From Candidatus Hermodarchaeota archaeon (GTDB lineage Archaea; Asgardarchaeota; Lokiarchaeia; Sigyniarchaeales; SOKP01), in the NCBI GenBank assembly GCA_048885535.1, contig JBHLLO010000023.1, forward strand, positions 1 through 41,800: a stretch of 41,800 bases of DNA, given 5' to 3'. Position numbers and translations under genes: made by a program. This document shows, one piece after another, positions 1-9,555 of the stretch (its first letter is position 1; every line of letters begins with the position of its first letter). The notes beneath the pieces were generated by a model. It ran no database searches and was not told the origin of the DNA. It was given only the letters and a program-made list of their open reading frames with translations.

Positions 1-1428
1 TGCTTTTACCATATCTGGACTTATACCATTGGAGTCATATAATTCTATCATAGTTTCTGTGGAAATGTCTCCCTTTTTCATGATTTTCTCTAAAATCTTT
101 CCCGCTTTTTTCTTAGTAGTATAAAACTTCTCCCTTTCAACATTTAAGATTTCTCGAATTTCATCTAAATGTTCTGAGACTTCAGGGAAAATTCCTTGTA
201 ATTCTTCCGCATGCCATTGACAGACGTCTGCCATATCAATATCCCAATTAAAACGATCGATAAAACTTATAGCACGACGGAATATTACTCTTAAATTATA
301 GCCTCCACCAACGTTAGACGGTAATTTTCCATCATTAATTGCGAATAATAAACTACGGCTGTGTTCAGCAATAGAGTAAAGAGCAGTCATTGGCATTATT
401 TTTGATCTTAATTCCTTTACACCAATTTTTAATTCATTAGCTACACGATCCCAAGCAGCGTCCATATTTTCTACTTCGTCCATGTTTAGATAAGCAGAAT
501 ATTGTGAAAAACGATTATACAAGTCCAAATCTAAATCAATTTTAGTAATTTCTCTTAGTTTTGACAGTACAAAAGGAAAAATTGCTTCATATATATTTGG
601 TGTTCCTTGCGAAAACCATGCCACCCGCTCTTGACCAAGGCCCATATCAAGAACTTTTAGTTTTAATTCTCTTGGACCTTCAGGAGTTTGCTCAAACATT
701 GTATATACTTGATTGAAAAGCTCCACACCTCTGCTAAAAAATTCAAGACTACACCCAAAAGAACCACCGCCGGCCCATGAGTCTTCATGAATCGTAATTT
801 CTTCTAGAGGGAGTCCTACTCCTTTATGAATAAAATCATGTATATCCATAAAGAGTTCACCCTGATTCCATTCTTCAGGGGATACAAATGTATGCTGTCC
901 TATCATAACAAAACCAGTACAATGTGAAGATGTCACACCTACATTTTCAATATCATTGAATCTCAAGCAAAATTGAGGGATTATTAGCTTCTTAGCGGGA
1001 GGTTCTACTTCTCCAGTAATAACATAAGGTTGAAACGCTGATATTGATGCAATTGTAAATTCAGAAGTTGGATTCCAACGCGCAACACAAGGATATCTTT
1101 TAATAGGGACATATCCTCTTGGTTCTAGAATCTCAACAATTTTTTCCCAAACCCCTATAAAAGATAATTTAATTTGGGAAGGATTATCGACTGTAACTTG
1201 GAATCCACCGGAACACACTGGTTCTCCGCAGATCTTCCTCTCTTTAAGTGTAGTCCAGAAATAATTTCCGCAACATTCACAGTGTTTTCGCATGTAACCT
1301 AAACTTCTAAGTTCCTTGGTTGGGAAATACACATCTGGATTTTTAGATGCGATCTTTTTGAAAATGCTTTTTAATTGCTTATCAATGTGAGCATCTTTTA
1401 ATTCCAATCGTTCTTTATCTGAGAGCAC
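1..1428 (-). CDS. alaS: Alanine--tRNA ligase, archaeal type (5' part; runs off the window's left edge)
   Basis: Not in the ORF track. Manual translation from GTG at 1428 (an in-frame TTG at 1437 is possible) gives an archaeal N-terminal Zn motif (YMRKHCECCGNYFWT...ICGEPVC), then RYPCVARW, FTIASISAFQP, QFCLRFNDIENVG, WAGGGSFG, DMGLGQER, IAEHSRSLLF, SNVGGGYNLR and LYDSNGI. Confidence 0.93.
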   Translation of the reverse strand, partial: MLSDKERLELKDAHIDKQLKSIFKKIASKNPDVYFPTKELRSLGYMRKHCECCGNYFWTTLKERKICGEPVCSGGFQVTVDNPSQIKLSFIGVWEKIVEILEPRGYVPIKRYPCVARWNPTSEFTIASISAFQPYVITGEVEPPAKKLIIPQFCLRFNDIENVGVTSSHCTGFVMIGQHTFVSPEEWNQGELFMDIHDFIHKGVGLPLEEITIHEDSWAGGGSFGCSLEFFSRGVELFNQVYTMFEQTPEGPRELKLKVLDMGLGQERVAWFSQGTPNIYEAIFPFVLSKLREITKIDLDLDLYNRFSQYSAYLNMDEVENMDAAWDRVANELKIGVKELRSKIMPMTALYSIAEHSRSLLFAINDGKLPSNVGGGYNLRVIFRRAISFIDRFNWDIDMADVCQWHAEELQGIFPEVSEHLDEIREILNVEREKFYTTKKKAGKILEKIMKKGDISTETMIELYDSNGISPDMVKA

Positions 1429-1670
1429 TTTAATCAAATTATGATAATCAAAACTATTTTATAAAATAATTAAGAAAATTATGATTCTCCTAATAATTTC
1501 ATTTAATATTTCATTTCTTAACAATTTTATTATATATCTTCTTAATTCAACTTCTAATAAAAAACAATGATCTTATCAGTAGTATTACATTGATAAAGCT
1601 TTTATATTATAAAATTAAATTTTACCTACAACGAAATCTAATTGTAATTAAAGAAAGAGGTTAAATTCAA

Positions 1671-1973
1671 GTGGCTCATATTTTAGTTACTGGTTGGACT
1701 CCCCAAAGCAAAGGAGATGAAATGATAAAAGTCTATACAGCAAAGGACAAACCAGAATACCCAGATTTTGTAAAAAGAGTACACCATTGGATGGCAATGT
1801 CTCCAGAAGGTATGATTAAAACTTATGCCGTGTATGAATGCCCTGACGATAAAATATTAGAAGCGTTGAAAGCAATTGGCAGAAGATATACTATTTATAC
1901 TCAAGTGGAGGGGTACAAATACTTTCCTGAAGTATTATTTGATGCTCAAGAAATAATTAAATTATTTCTTTAA
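1671..1973 (+). CDS. Hypothetical protein (100 aa)
   Basis: Clean ORF with GTG start, preceded by AAGAGG and followed by a T-tract; no recognisable motif. Confidence 0.65.
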   Translation: MAHILVTGWTPQSKGDEMIKVYTAKDKPEYPDFVKRVHHWMAMSPEGMIKTYAVYECPDDKILEALKAIGRRYTIYTQVEGYKYFPEVLFDAQEIIKLFL

Positions 1974-1991
1974 TTTTAATTTCTATTTTTT

Positions 1992-2441
1992 TTATAATTC
2001 TAAAACTTGGAGTCTTGAATATCCTTCTTTAATAAAGTCATAATCTAGAAATTCTATTTTTTCAGGTATAATTTTTAAAATAAGTTTTCTTCTTCCGCGT
2101 ACAATCTTTTGTGCTTTTTTGAATTCTTCATCTCCCTCTTTTAAAAATACCAACCTATCTTTACCTGAAGATGTAATTTGCAAACCTTGTATTTTTCCCT
2201 CTGACATTGGAGTATAAATACCAATACTAACAATGGGATTTTCTTTGATATTATCTACTTTTTTACCTGGGGTAGGTCCAACATATATATTGAAATCATC
2301 AATATTTTTATCAATATAAAAATCCATAGGAGTTGCTCGAGGAATATTTTTAGAACATGTACATAATACAAGAACTTTCCTCTTCTTTAGAAATTCAAGA
2401 ATAGCTTTTTTAAGAGCTATTTCTGGCATTTTTTTAGGCAT
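1992..2441 (-). CDS. Pyridoxamine 5'-phosphate oxidase-like FMN-binding split-barrel protein
   Basis: VLCTCSKNIPRATPM, K..NIKENPIVSIGI, GLQI and LKIIPEKIEFLD are typical of the PNPOx-like family. Confidence 0.75.
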   Translation of the reverse strand: MPKKMPEIALKKAILEFLKKRKVLVLCTCSKNIPRATPMDFYIDKNIDDFNIYVGPTPGKKVDNIKENPIVSIGIYTPMSEGKIQGLQITSSGKDRLVFLKEGDEEFKKAQKIVRGRRKLILKIIPEKIEFLDYDFIKEGYSRLQVLEL

Positions 2442-2512
2442 TTAATATTCAACTTAACCAAATTAGACTAATATATGTTGAAGATAAGGAGGAGATGATT
2501 TATAAATGATTT

Positions 2513-3652
2513 TTAATGATGCAAAAAATCAGGTTGAGGAAATTCTGTTTCTTCGATTACTGACATAACATATGGTGATATAGGTCCTCTTCCTAAAGCC
2601 ATTATTCTAATTTTTGACTTAAGTGATGGATCCAAAGCTGTTCCAAACTTAAGTGAGGCTTCTTCAGGAATTTCATTTGAGATTGTGGCGATGATTTTGT
2701 CAATTTTGGATAAAGAAATTTTATGGTCACCTGTGACTGAGACAATACATTTATCTACTTGCTTAGGATCAGGTTCCAAAAGGGGATTATGTAAAGCCAA
2801 TTTAGCCTTTTTTACTAGATCTAGTTCATCACCAAAAGATTCTGTTATACCAATCAAACCACTTGGAACCTCGCCTTTCTTTTCAAAAACTTTTCTAACG
2901 TCAGCATAATCAATGTTTATTAAACCACAATTATTAATTAGATTAAGAATTTCGCGAATACATCTAATTAGAACCTCATCCATTATTTTGAAACCAGTTA
3001 AAATGGGAATATTGTCGTTAAACCTTAAAAGATTATCATTAGGTATTGGTATAAGGCAATCAGTATGTTGAATAATTTCCTTTAATCCCAATTTTGCTCT
3101 TTTTTTTCGTTCTTTTCCTTCAGATGTGAAGGGAATTGAACAAAATGTAACTACTGTGGCATCATTTTTCTTAGCTTCCCTTGCAATTATAGGAGCGGCG
3201 CCAGTACCTGTGCCTCCACCTAAGCCAAATGTTAAAAAAACAACATCTGCTTTCAATGTTTCAGATAATCTTTCTATATCCTCTTCGGCCGCTGTAGCCC
3301 CAATGTTGGGGTCATTACCGGAGCCTAGTCCGTTACATGTCTCTTTACCTATTAGAAGTTTTTTACTCGCATTTGAATAATATAAATCATGTGCATCGGT
3401 ATTGACATTTATAGTTTCTACAAAATCATTTCCAATATCTTGCATTCTTGATACAGTGTTGTTACCAGCACCCCCAATTCCTACAACGACACTTCTAATC
3501 TTTAGTATTTTTAATAAATCAGATAAATATTTATCATCATCAAGGTCAGATATTTGGTTACTTTTATTATAACGAGCAATTTCATTGAATCTTGATCTAA
3601 CTGAGATTCTTGATTTAGCAAGATCAGTTAAATCGTATTTTTTATCGTTCAT
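2513..3652 (-). CDS. ftsZ: Cell division GTPase FtsZ
   Basis: VGIGGAGNN, NTD, GLGSGNDP, tubulin signature GLGGGTGTG, PFTSEG, PND and an intact T7 loop (INIDYADVR). Confidence 0.93.
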   Translation of the reverse strand: MNDKKYDLTDLAKSRISVRSRFNEIARYNKSNQISDLDDDKYLSDLLKILKIRSVVVGIGGAGNNTVSRMQDIGNDFVETINVNTDAHDLYYSNASKKLLIGKETCNGLGSGNDPNIGATAAEEDIERLSETLKADVVFLTFGLGGGTGTGAAPIIAREAKKNDATVVTFCSIPFTSEGKERKKRAKLGLKEIIQHTDCLIPIPNDNLLRFNDNIPILTGFKIMDEVLIRCIREILNLINNCGLINIDYADVRKVFEKKGEVPSGLIGITESFGDELDLVKKAKLALHNPLLEPDPKQVDKCIVSVTGDHKISLSKIDKIIATISNEIPEEASLKFGTALDPSLKSKIRIMALGRGPISPYVMSVIEETEFPQPDFLHH

Positions 3653-3681
3653 TTAATTTACCTTAAATGGTTTCTTGATAT

Positions 3682-3745
3682 ATAATATCAGTATTATATC
3701 AGAATAATATAGGAAAGTATTATTCTTGTATTACTGATGTATTAT
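3682..3745. promoter_or_regulatory. Long imperfect inverted repeat upstream of ftsZ
   Basis: AGAATAATA (3701-3709) pairs with TATTATTCT (3718-3726). It is nested in ATCAGTA (3687-3693)/TACTGAT (3732-3738) and ATAAT/ATTAT. The region is AT-rich and function is unproven. Confidence 0.35.
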
Positions 3746-3991
3746 CCTAAAGCATATATGTTAAGGTAACTAGTTCGAATAGACGTTAAGATTGAAGATC
3801 TATTTCCTCTAATATTAAATAAATTTCAGTTAACCTAATTTTAAAATTGTTTTAAATTTATAGAAAATGACTAAGTATGATATATTCAATAATTTATAAT
3901 TTGTTCACATAAAAAATAGGAAATTTAATTTAAGAATTAAATTTATAAGATTAAATTTTCATTTTGAATATAGGAAGGGGTTTTAGTTATA

Positions 3992-4231
3992 ATGGAAATT
4001 GATTATAATAACGAGAGCAGTGGAAAATCCGTAAATAGTTCAGAGCATAAAGAATCAATAATAAATGTTAGAGCCATTCTAAGTTGCCCCTCTTGTGGAT
4101 ATAGAAAGAAATTCAAAAATCAGTTTCCTCGTAATCAATTAGAACTTTTAGTTGTAGCGGTTAAAATTTTTGACTTTATGACGTGTAGTTGTGGGGAATT
4201 GATAAAATTAGATCTAGAGTTTGATTTTTAA
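3992..4231 (+). CDS. Small zinc-ribbon-like protein
   Basis: 79 aa with CPSCG...CSCG; divergent from ftsZ; G-rich RBS-like sequence upstream. Confidence 0.7.
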   Translation: MEIDYNNESSGKSVNSSEHKESIINVRAILSCPSCGYRKKFKNQFPRNQLELLVVAVKIFDFMTCSCGELIKLDLEFDF

Positions 4232-4291
4232 ATTTTCTTTATTAGACCTCCTTATAACTACTGAAATTTAAGGCTAGAAGTTTTTTGCTTC

Positions 4292-5602
4292 TTAAATATC
4301 TAATTTAATCTTCCCATATACGCCCCCTCCACCAGGGGTATAACGAATTTCATCGCATCTAAAGGCACTTATAACTGACGCAATTTCCTTATCAAATTCT
4401 TCTAACTCAGATATTGGAAGATCTATTAAAATTGAAAATTCAGTTCCGAATTTTTCAATTATTTGATTGTACTGATTTAATACGGTTTTGCTATTAATAC
4501 TTTTAACTCCTCGAACGGATCTGATTATATCGATTAAAGGAATTGCATTAATATATTTAGGACGATGATCTGGATGTTTCGGTTTATCATAAGAGGCAAT
4601 AGTGTCAATTCTTTCACTCACTCCTAATTTAATTTTAAAGTTTTTATTAAATTCTTCTTTACATGCTAAACAATTAACTTTTTCCTTTGCTACTTGATGG
4701 ATGAATTCTTTTCTAGACATTAATGGATCGGCTGAAAAAAATATTATAGCGTTGTCAGTTATTTTATAGTTAGAAAGAATCCCAGATATTGCCTTTTTAC
4801 CTTTTTTGAAAAATAATCTTCTTCTGCATTTACTACAAAACATATTATAATATTTTCCTAATTTGGGATGCAAGCCAACATTTAATGTAACTTTTCTTCC
4901 ATTTTTTCTTTTTAAAGCAAGCTCTACTTCAGCGAAAGAGGGATTATCCATATCTAATTTATTAAATTCTCTACCTAATGAACGTGGATCTTGGGAGTGG
5001 GCATCACTATTGCTTAAAAAAGTAATGTTTTTTAAAGTTTCTAAGCGATCTGCTAAATCAGTGTTAGCAGATAAACCTAATTCTAGAAAAATGACTTTTT
5101 TAACAACCGTCTGATAACAATCTTCTAATGTTTTATATTTTTTTTGACGAAATATTGCTTTAAAAGGTGTAAAGGCATGGGCAGGTCCGATTAAACCCCC
5201 CTGATCAGTTATTACATCAACCAATTCTGCAGGAGATAGATCAACTCTTGGACGACCACCCCATTCATTAAAAATGTTTTTTGAATAATTCTTTAATTTA
5301 TTTTGAGTTACCTTAACTGAATCAAAATCAGGAAATAATATAATGTGATGAATGCTATCATTATCTTCAATCTCAGTTTGCAGAATGAACGAAATGCCTT
5401 TATAATAGTAGCTTTTATCATTATTTCTCTTAAGATTATTTTCCAAATATCTTAGCCAATCCGGTTGTAGAACATCTCCCGTACCCAAAATATGAAGGCC
5501 TTTTTTCAAACATGTCTCTCTCATTGTGTCTAAATTTAATGATTTAGACACTGCAATAGAATGTGGAGAGTGAATGTGAAGATCGCAATTAAATGAATCC
5601 AT
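4292..5602 (-). CDS. PHP-domain phosphoesterase with Zn ribbon, endonuclease Q / TIGR00375-like
   Basis: DLHIHS, GTGD, HHIILFP, GPAHAFTP, ELGLSA, NSDAHS, LGREFN, GKYY..CxxC...CxxC, GV.ERI, GTEF and PGGGGVYG. Confidence 0.85.
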   Translation of the reverse strand: MDSFNCDLHIHSPHSIAVSKSLNLDTMRETCLKKGLHILGTGDVLQPDWLRYLENNLKRNNDKSYYYKGISFILQTEIEDNDSIHHIILFPDFDSVKVTQNKLKNYSKNIFNEWGGRPRVDLSPAELVDVITDQGGLIGPAHAFTPFKAIFRQKKYKTLEDCYQTVVKKVIFLELGLSANTDLADRLETLKNITFLSNSDAHSQDPRSLGREFNKLDMDNPSFAEVELALKRKNGRKVTLNVGLHPKLGKYYNMFCSKCRRRLFFKKGKKAISGILSNYKITDNAIIFFSADPLMSRKEFIHQVAKEKVNCLACKEEFNKNFKIKLGVSERIDTIASYDKPKHPDHRPKYINAIPLIDIIRSVRGVKSINSKTVLNQYNQIIEKFGTEFSILIDLPISELEEFDKEIASVISAFRCDEIRYTPGGGGVYGKIKLDI

Positions 5603-5654
5603 TATAATTCAGACATTTTGATTGAATAAAAAAGTTAATAAGACTAATAATTTG

Positions 5655-6710
5655 TCATTTAAAACTCATATCTCTGCACTTCTTAGCTTTATCGAACATT
5701 TTTAATTTTTCATAACAATAAGCCAAACTTTTGCAAAAATCTAAGTTTTTAGGTTTTAATTTAAGAAGGTTTTCATACTGTATGATAGCCTTTTTATAAT
5801 CTTTTTTGATGTTACAATACATTTCTCCTAACTTCAATCTTGCTGAAATATTATCTGACTCTTTATCTAAGACCTTTTGATAATAATAAATAGCATTATC
5901 ATAGTCATTTAATGCATAGTAGCTAAATCCTAAATTCTCAAATAAAATAGGGTCGTCAGGAGTAATTTCTAATGCTTTTTTAAAACATATAACTGATTCA
6001 TTATATTTTTCTTTAAGATTATATGATAGTCCTAAATCGTTCCAAGCCTCAATAAAGAAAGGATCGATCTCAACAGCTTTTTTATAATAATCAATAGCTA
6101 AATCATAATCATTTAATTCATAAGCTATATCTGCTAATTCGCACCATAAGTCAGCGTTATCAGGTTCTAATTCTAGTGCTTTTTTATAGTAGAGAATGGC
6201 CTTATCATAATCTTTTATATCATAATAAAGTGTAGCTAAGTTATTGCAAAGTAAGGAATCATCAGGATTAATTTTTATAGCTTTTTCGTAACATTTTATT
6301 GCTTTCTTGTGTTGTTCCTGTTTTCGATAAATTAAAGCCATATTATTCCAAGCATCTGTATTGCTTGGTTCATATTCTAAAGCTTTCATATAATAATCTA
6401 ATGCTGTTTGAAAATCATTCTTATCTTCATAAGCAAATCCTAAATTATAATATATCGTAGCATCAGAAGGGTCTAATTCTAATGCTTTTTTATAATATGT
6501 AATAGCTTTATCTAATTCTTTTTTCATTGAAAAAGCTAACCCTATATTATTATAGACTTCAGAAAAATAGGGATTTATTTCTAATGCCTTTTGATAGCAC
6601 TCTATCGCCTTATCGAAATTGTTTATATTATAATAAGCATCTCCTAAATTAATCCAAGCATCAGCATCTTCAGGATCTAATTTTACAGATTGTAAATATC
6701 GTTCAATCAT
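5655..6710 (-). CDS. Tetratricopeptide repeat (TPR) protein
   Basis: About 9-10 tandem 34-aa repeats (W/Y.NLG..Y......A...Y.KALE..P); no catalytic domain. Confidence 0.92.
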   Translation of the reverse strand: MIERYLQSVKLDPEDADAWINLGDAYYNINNFDKAIECYQKALEINPYFSEVYNNIGLAFSMKKELDKAITYYKKALELDPSDATIYYNLGFAYEDKNDFQTALDYYMKALEYEPSNTDAWNNMALIYRKQEQHKKAIKCYEKAIKINPDDSLLCNNLATLYYDIKDYDKAILYYKKALELEPDNADLWCELADIAYELNDYDLAIDYYKKAVEIDPFFIEAWNDLGLSYNLKEKYNESVICFKKALEITPDDPILFENLGFSYYALNDYDNAIYYYQKVLDKESDNISARLKLGEMYCNIKKDYKKAIIQYENLLKLKPKNLDFCKSLAYCYEKLKMFDKAKKCRDMSFK

Positions 6711-6774
6711 ATTTATTGTTACTAGTTCTATATTTTTTTTATGATAGATTATTCTTATTTTTTTAGAATAATTG

Positions 6775-7812
6775 CTAAATTATTATCATTTTGTCATGTA
6801 TTTGATCAGTCAGTAAAATTCTATAGTATTCTTTCTTTTTCTTAAAAATAACTCTCTCTAATTTACCTTCAACCATAACTTTCTCTCCTTTCATAGCTTG
6901 CTCACAAAATCTTCCTCTGTAAGATGCAACTTCATTAACTTCATCTAGATTAACATCATATGTTTTAGTCTTAATCTTTGAAGTTCTTATAGGTCTTATT
7001 TTATAGGAACATGGAGTAAAAATAGCATTCAGGTCATCAACAATTTCTGCTTTAAGTTTTATTCTTCCCATATTTTTATACAAATAATCATAGTAAGTTC
7101 CTTCCCAATCATTGGGGCTTTTCAGATATCTGATAAAAAATTCAAATCCTCTAAACGTACCTTGGTGTAATTTTCGTCTCTCATATTGCAGAAACTTATC
7201 AAATGGTATATTAGAGTCTCCCACTCTCCATTTATAATGAGAAAAATATTCTTCTTGAGTATATTTCCTGCAGTAATTATGAGTTCGGAAAATATTTTTT
7301 AAATTTTCTTGGAAATTCCGACTTATATCAGTTCCATAAATGATTAGGTCAATATCAGATTGATCTCTACTTAATCCAATCATCTGAGAACCAGTTATCC
7401 CTATTGAATTATGTGGAACACCACCTTTTTCAATAAATAGCTCACATAGCTCTTTAGAACACTTCTCAAGCTGACTCATAGGGGATATAAGACATAATTC
7501 TTGATAGTAATCATGTGGAGTATAAATTTTTTTAATTTCCTCATTTTTTACTCCTTGAACTTCAACATCTAGTTGTTTGGAAAAGAATATGTAATTAGGA
7601 TATCTATTTTTCAGGAGTGAGTATCGCTCTTTCAAATCGTAGACTTTTTTATATTTTTTTCCATTTTTAATACGATCGCCATCAGAACTAGGATAAAAAC
7701 GAATAAAACATATTTTACGATCTGAAGGATGATGAATCCCTTTAACATCAAAAAAGAGATTATTATAGTGGGTTTCAATATAATCTCCTTCAATTCCTAT
7801 TGGAATTTTCAT
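6775..7812 (-). CDS. Pol-beta-superfamily nucleotidyltransferase (archaeal COG1665-like)
   Basis: GITGS...SDIDLIIYG (GS/DxD motif), N-terminal F.VKG..HP and C-terminal GE.V.V.GKLE. Confidence 0.75.
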   Translation of the reverse strand: MKIPIGIEGDYIETHYNNLFFDVKGIHHPSDRKICFIRFYPSSDGDRIKNGKKYKKVYDLKERYSLLKNRYPNYIFFSKQLDVEVQGVKNEEIKKIYTPHDYYQELCLISPMSQLEKCSKELCELFIEKGGVPHNSIGITGSQMIGLSRDQSDIDLIIYGTDISRNFQENLKNIFRTHNYCRKYTQEEYFSHYKWRVGDSNIPFDKFLQYERRKLHQGTFRGFEFFIRYLKSPNDWEGTYYDYLYKNMGRIKLKAEIVDDLNAIFTPCSYKIRPIRTSKIKTKTYDVNLDEVNEVASYRGRFCEQAMKGEKVMVEGKLERVIFKKKKEYYRILLTDQIHDKMIII

Positions 7813-7833
7813 AAATTTCCCGAAATATAATAA

Positions 7834-8916
7834 TTAATATTTTGAAGGAGTTTTTGTTTTAATTTTGTGTTTGGGAATCTCTTTAGCTTTTCTTAATTCA
7901 TTCTCAAATTCTTTTTTCTCTTTAAGCAATCTCTCTTTATCTCTTTCTAATTTTTCTCTTTCTCTTCGAATAACACTCTTTTCATTTGTTATATTTGATT
8001 TTTCCTTTTCTAATTGCTTAATGTCATTACTTAAAACTTTGAATTTATCCTCTAATTTATGGATTTTATCTTGTAATGAGAAATAATTACTTTCTGCTTT
8101 TGGGACTTTCTTATTTAATTCATTTATTCTTGCCTCTTGCTCTTGTTTCTTACGTTCTAGATCTCTTACATTTCTTTCTACCTTATCTTTAAAATTTTCC
8201 AAATCTACTTTTTTCTTTTCAATCTCACGATTCTTATCTTTCAGATCTTTCCTTTTATAACGAATTCTTTCTTTTTCATCTTTTAATTTTTGTTTTTCAT
8301 CATGAATTCGATTTTTTTCATCAAAAATTTCTCGCTTAAAATCAGTGACTTCTTTGTCTAGGTTATCTCTCTCTCTTGTTAGGGTTTTGATTTCATTTCT
8401 TAAATCCATTAATTCACTTTCTAATTTTTCAATGGTTCTTTCTAAGGCACTTTCTCTCCTTTCCATTCCAGGTATTTTAGTTTTTATCTGCTTAATACGA
8501 TCTTCTGTTCTTTCTCTTTCTTTTCTTAAATTATTCTTTTCTCTATCTAATATATCTTTTAATTTCTGTAATTCAGCTTTCTTTTCATCTAATTCTCTTT
8601 CTTTTAACTGTAGATCATTTTTATGTTGTTTTATTTCATTTCTCATTCTTTGTAATTCATTCTGTAAGCTTCTATGTTGATTTAAAAGATCCTTAACTTC
8701 AAGCTCTTTTTCTTTTCTTTTCTTTTCAAGATCTTTTATATTTTCTTTATATCCTTCAAGTTTTTCAATAATTTTTTCCCATTCAGCTTTTTCTTTTTGT
8801 AACTTTATTGTTTCTTCTTTTATTTGTCTTAATAACTTTGCATCTGGAATGATATCTACCGTTTCTTCTGGAGTTTTTTCTTTTATTTGATATTTAGGTA
8901 TTTTATTTTCTTTCAT
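7834..8916 (-). CDS. Long K/E-rich coiled-coil protein
   Basis: About 300 aa of near-continuous heptad pattern. ATG at 8916 (after AGGGA) is preferred over TTG at 8961. No Walker A motif or TM segment. Confidence 0.8.
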   Translation of the reverse strand: MKENKIPKYQIKEKTPEETVDIIPDAKLLRQIKEETIKLQKEKAEWEKIIEKLEGYKENIKDLEKKRKEKELEVKDLLNQHRSLQNELQRMRNEIKQHKNDLQLKERELDEKKAELQKLKDILDREKNNLRKERERTEDRIKQIKTKIPGMERRESALERTIEKLESELMDLRNEIKTLTRERDNLDKEVTDFKREIFDEKNRIHDEKQKLKDEKERIRYKRKDLKDKNREIEKKKVDLENFKDKVERNVRDLERKKQEQEARINELNKKVPKAESNYFSLQDKIHKLEDKFKVLSNDIKQLEKEKSNITNEKSVIRREREKLERDKERLLKEKKEFENELRKAKEIPKHKIKTKTPSKY

Positions 8917-9114
8917 TGTATCTACATACAATCCCTTCTTATTATTAAGATATAAAAACAATATTTCTAAAGTTTTCGTACCTAAAGGACAAAATATATA
9001 TTATGTTTGTTATCCTAATTTCATTTATATAATAAGAGTATTATTATTTATATAAAATATATTGAGAATAAACTTCAAAATTATCTTAATTATTAATTAT
9101 AAGGTGATAAATCT

Positions 9115-9504
9115 ATGGATTTTGATGAAGAATTTGATGAAGAGTTTGATGAAGATTTGGATGAAGATCTAGATGAAGATATAGAAGAACCTTCTATGAA
9201 AACCCCTAGTGAAGAAGTTAAATCCAAAACTCCTACTGTAAAACCAGTTGTTGAAGGAAAAAAGATTTCAGTATTCTTTCTATCCACTATTGGTCCTGGT
9301 GAGAAAAAGCAAAAACTTTTGGTTTATACAGGGAACAAAGTAGGAGATATTAAGAAAACCGTTGCGAATTTATTTGGTTTAGACCCTGCAGATTTTCATT
9401 TATCTTCTGGTGGAGTCACTATGGAAGAGGACACCGCATTAAGTGAATATCATGTAGTTGAGGGAGATGATATTTTGTTGATTCCAGCAAGTACTGCCGG
9501 TTAG
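9115..9504 (+). CDS. Ubiquitin-like modifier 1 (acidic N-terminal extension; C-terminus PASTAG)
   Basis: The C-terminal ~80 aa align by eye to ubiquitin (FHLSSGGVTMEEDTALSEYHVVEGDDILLI vs [30 protein letters not shown]). It ends in Gly-stop and has GGTGA 7 nt upstream of the ATG. Confidence 0.88.
   Translation: MDFDEEFDEEFDEDLDEDLDEDIEEPSMKTPSEEVKSKTPTVKPVVEGKKISVFFLSTIGPGEKKQKLLVYTGNKVGDIKKTVANLFGLDPADFHLSSGGVTMEEDTALSEYHVVEGDDILLIPASTAG
9121..9189 (+). repeat. 12-bp coding tandem repeat (FDEE/FDED/LDED) in the Ubl1 N-terminus
   Basis: TTTGATGAAGAA, TTTGATGAAGAG, TTTGATGAAGAT, TTGGATGAAGAT, CTAGATGAAGAT, then partial ATAGAAGAA. Confidence 0.85.
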
Positions 9505-9555
9505 AGATGAAACAATGAAGTAAGTAGAGGATCTATTCATCAATTCGTTAAAATA

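Noticed and set aside
2513-3652. CetZ or tubulin instead of FtsZ
   Set aside because: FtsZ-specific PF..EG..R, G.G.G.DP and NxDxAD motifs are present.
5655-6710. Roughly 102-bp DNA periodicity suggesting an array
   Set aside because: Explained by TPR coding repeats; there are no identical repeats with unique spacers, so it is not CRISPR.
7834-8961. SMC/Rad50 or ESCRT-III assignment for the coiled-coil protein
   Set aside because: No Walker motifs, hinge or Zn hook, and no Snf7-like basic/acidic organisation.
9093-9287. 64-aa Ser-rich minus-strand ORF
   Set aside because: It is the antisense shadow of the GATGAA repeat in Ubl1.
9115-9504. Calling the modifiers UFM1 or SUMO orthologues
   Set aside because: The IP...xG tail recalls UFM1 and the N-terminal tail recalls SUMO, but the core aligns best with ubiquitin by eye and the E2 is a canonical HPN type. 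Orthology needs a phylogeny.
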